A stretch of 64,000 nt of DNA from Ruditapes philippinarum (lineage: Eukaryota). Each line of letters starts with the position of its first letter. Position 1 is the stretch's first letter. The notes under the pieces are model-generated. The model had not been told where the DNA came from. It searched no databases and worked only from the letters and a program-made list of their open reading frames with translations. The DNA lies in contig NW_026856902.1 of the NCBI RefSeq assembly GCF_026571515.1, positions 1-64,000 on the forward strand. Reading direction: 5' to 3'. The translations under genes and the position numbers were made by a program. Positions 60,641 to 64,000 of the stretch are shown here, one piece after another.

Positions 60641-62853
60641 AAACATCTAGATAAAACGTGATCCCTTTCAAGCATTAAAATCATCAAAATTACATGCAAA
60701 TTACAAGACATTTATATATTATACATCGTGGACTTAAGAGAAATTGTAAATATATAAATGTTACCATTAACAAATTCTTTATGTGTAAAGTCGTAAAAGT
60801 GATTTTCTCACACGTCTATAGTTTCAATATTTTGAATAAATTTTTTGTAAACCTGTTTTATGATTTCAAATAATATACCGTGTCTTCCGTGGTATAAAAC
60901 ATTCGTCAGGTAAACTAGATAGGCCAATTTAAATTATGCGCATATAGAGTAAATCTTGCACAATATCTTCTATTGAAGATGTAATGGAGTTGTATCTTAT
61001 TTCAGCAAGACTTAGTGTATTCATAAAATTACGATGATCTTAGATGTAAAGGTGTAAGTAAGATATAAAGGAACTGGTGTGTGCGTTACAGATTGGATCT
61101 CATGAGCATCTTACAGTTTGAGGATAGAATTAGTGGATTTAAAATGAAACGTATGTAATTCAGTAACATTAAAAAATAATGGACTGAACGATTTTTTTTT
61201 TACATAAATGGGCTTGAAAGAATTTTTTACTTTTTTATGCAGGTCTATACTAATTTGTGTGCAAAGTATTACAAATAATTTGTTCACGTATCTCTCGATT
61301 GTACAAAGTGACTATATTGTAACAACAAAAACATGTAGACTCATTTCTGTCTCATAGACTAAGCAATTTACCAAGCTGACCTGTGTTATGGAGCTCTTTT
61401 AATTCTCAAACAATGCATGAACTGTCTTTTCTTGGTTATTAGATTTAGGTTTTAAAACGGTACACGTTGCAAATTAAGCTTCACCATCTTTTGCTTGCTG
61501 GCTATTAATCAAGTAATACTGACTTAATTAGTTGATTTGTATGAAAGACAATATTCCCCTTTATTTACGAGGTTTTACTTTATTTCAAATTAGACACTGC
61601 TCCGCATCTAACAAACTTTAAATGTTTTTTCTTCTTCAGAAAAATGTCGCATTTATTCCGACGCTTAAAATATCTTTAATTCATTCTCAACATTTTAGAA
61701 CATGAACAAAATGCACTAATTGTAACATTTATAGAAATGTTTTATTATTGATACATTCGATTAGTTTATTTTGTTTGGCTTACCAACATAATTAAGGTCA
61801 TATGGTGCCTAAGCAAGAATTAAGATGATTTTTGGAAACCTCATCGATGAGTTTTTTTGTTGAATTTCCAAAAAACATGATATTTTTTCGTTTTCTGAAA
61901 AATTAAAACAAATCTTACAGTATAATATTTTGTTCTGTCTTAAAATTAGGAGTTCAGACATAAAGAGCAGTACCTATCCGTTACATGTAAAGAGAAATAC
62001 GAGTGTGAAAAGTTGTCTTTACCAGTGCAGTCCGAATAAACATTTTTATATTTTGGGAACCGTGCTCCAGATCACGATATTTGTTCATGATTTTTTTGAC
62101 ATACTGCACTTGATAACGGAGATGATATACCACGATACTCATGCCGAATTAACAGAACTGCTTGTATTCTGTTTTTAGAATTAAGTACATATCTGGCGAT
62201 TAAAAAAAAGTAAGATTTTAAATTAGAAGTCAACTTTGATCTCAGTTATGTCATATAAACATATGTGATGTTTATATACAAGCCTATTATATACATAAAA
62301 TCCCTTCTTCATACGAACATTTTCCAACATTTGCCTATCTATTCAAAATATTGTTTATGCTATGTGTTGGTGAATACTTGTAACAAAAGCTGCTAGCTGG
62401 TGAATTTGTGATAGATCACATCCGTGATGGGCCTCTAGGTAAACCAGTTAAAGGGTGAAATAACCTTGTATATTGTAAATTCGATGAAGCGAAATGGGAC
62501 ACTCTTTGTACGCAGAGGTAAGAATTTAAATACCATGCATGTTTATCACGATTATAAGGTTACATGAAAGAGGTGTAATACAGTAGTTTAGACTGGATTC
62601 GCATATTCAATGATTGAGATATACAGATATTTTCAAATAATGTGATTGTGTTAATTGAACCGTGTCTTAAACAAATTTTGCATGGCACGATCATACATCA
62701 AAAATTAAATTGATAATCAATATTGAAAGGCATTGTTAGCCCGGTTTGGGAAAGATGCGTTTAAACGCTTGTCAGAACAGAACAGAACATATACTTTATT
62801 TAGAATGACACAGATTACAATATACAAGTATAAAGTTACAGCCTCACCTACAT

Positions 62854-63002
62854 CCCGGCAGAGCCCCGATAGACGTCCGGGGTGATCCAGGGCATGATAT
62901 AGCCGGTAGAGCTACGGCAGAGCCCAGGTGAATGCCGGCAGAACCCTGGAAGATGACGATGGAGCTATGGTTGATCCCGGTAGAGCCCCGGCAAAGCCCG
63001 GT
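62854..63002 (+). repeat. GC-rich degenerate tandem repeat (ccggcagagccccgg-like units)
   Basis: Several imperfect ccgg[c/t]agagcccc units in an otherwise AT-rich background, probably TE-derived. Confidence 0.55.
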
Positions 63003-63372
63003 TCATTTCAAAAGAATCACGACAATTTGCGATGATTTCGCTTTGTATTAAAACCCTTCCCATATCCCTTTTATCCAAACTGTAAAAGCATAAGAAAACA
63101 AGTATAGAGATTTGAACGAAAATTTCCTTTTGTTGACGAATGTATAATATAGCCGCGAGATTTTATTGCATAGGGAAAATCATGATTTGCGTTTCTATTT
63201 CAGTCATGATAAAACACAAACAAAATCTAAGAACTGCGACAAAAAGTCATCGAACTCAACAAAACCTGTAAGTGAGATGTTGGGCATTCGCATTACCAGT
63301 TATCAACAAACAATCACATTGGCTACGTTAAACAGATATTTCATAAGGCATATTTTGTATTTTTCAGGATAT

Positions 63373-63630
63373 ATGGTTGTGCTATGTATGACTTTTATAT
63401 GGACGTTACTTCTGCTTTGTCCTATATCAAAAGCGGAAGAAGAATATGATCTTCCGAAGATACAAGATGTCCAAAAATTGTCTGTTAACCTGTTGATGAA
63501 CTATAGTAAACATATTATACCGTCGAGGAAGATGCCATTCAATATCTCAATTGTAACTTATCTTGATACACTCGGAAATATTGACGAACTAGAAGAAATG
63601 TTATCCTATGTCTTTTGGCTAGGCTTTTCC
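63373..63630 (+). CDS. First coding exon of a Cys-loop ligand-gated ion channel (nicotinic acetylcholine receptor-like) subunit; the gene continues beyond the window
   Basis: CAG acceptor 63365-63367, ATG 63373, donor GTATGT 63631. Signal peptide MVVLCMTFIWTLLLLCPISKA, then KLSVNLLMNYSKHIIP...FNISIVTYLDTLGNIDELEEMLSYVFWL. This matches the N-terminal helix, NYxKxxxP, IDE and WL pattern of Cys-loop extracellular domains. Confidence 0.78.
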
Positions 63631-63926
63631 GTATGTATTTCGTTACAAATTTTTAATTCATTTTTATGAAATTATGATATCATTAAACTTAAATGGATCT
63701 TACTCAGGTCATAAATAACATCCCGTAACTTTCCTTTATTTATTAATGTAACCAATACATGTTACATGGAACTTGCAGTGAATTTTGTCCAAATTGTTTG
63801 TAAACATTAAAGAAAAACACATGTGTTTTTTACATATTTATAACAGATAAGAACATTTTTGATTTCAGGAATGTCTCAATATTATATATTAAAAATCATT
63901 TTGAACCAGTACAAGAATTAATATAA

Positions 63927-64000
63927 GAGCCGCGCCATGACAAAATTGCGACCAGCATGGATCCAGACCAAACTTCCGCGCAGTCTGATCAGGATCCATG
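63927..64000. mobile_element. Partial copy of the palindromic MITE at the window edge
   Basis: gagccgcgccatgacaaaa...gcgaccagcatggatccagacc...gcagtctgatcaggatccatg. Confidence 0.75.

Noticed and set aside
63166-63669. The 167-aa ORF as a complete single-exon protein
   Set aside because: Only 63373-63630 has channel-like sequence, and it is bounded by splice sites. The flanks are intronic or UTR read-through.

Overview
Strongly AT-rich, intron-rich animal DNA. It is not prokaryotic; the repeat families and gene content suggest a bivalve mollusc, which is an inference. Almost all entries in the ORF track are spurious or are fragments of spliced exons. Reading GT-AG splice sites by hand recovers a head-to-tail tandem array of five complete secreted-protein genes on the + strand (8.6-55.5 kb, 216-225 aa each). 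Each has six coding exons with intron phases 0,0,1,1,0 and matches the ependymin-related (EPDR) family. The paralogues differ in cysteine pattern and share a separately encoded C-terminal [FI]W tail. The array is flanked upstream by the last exon of a rhodopsin-class GPCR (TM7 NPxxY, 2884-3381) and downstream by the first coding exon of a Cys-loop/nAChR-like subunit (63373-63630). Mobile DNA is abundant. The first coding intron of EPDR-3 holds a nested stack: an outer MITE, a TTAA-flanked element, a foldback element with a 6-bp TSD, and a 5'-truncated DIRS-like retroelement with RT/RNaseH/methyltransferase-like and tyrosine recombinase domains. Elsewhere are a hAT-like element with an 8-bp TSD, TTAA MITEs, a palindromic ~240-bp MITE family, tRNA-derived SINEs, a 141-bp solo-LTR-like element with an internal tRNA-type promoter, mariner and pogo transposase relics, and two minisatellites.
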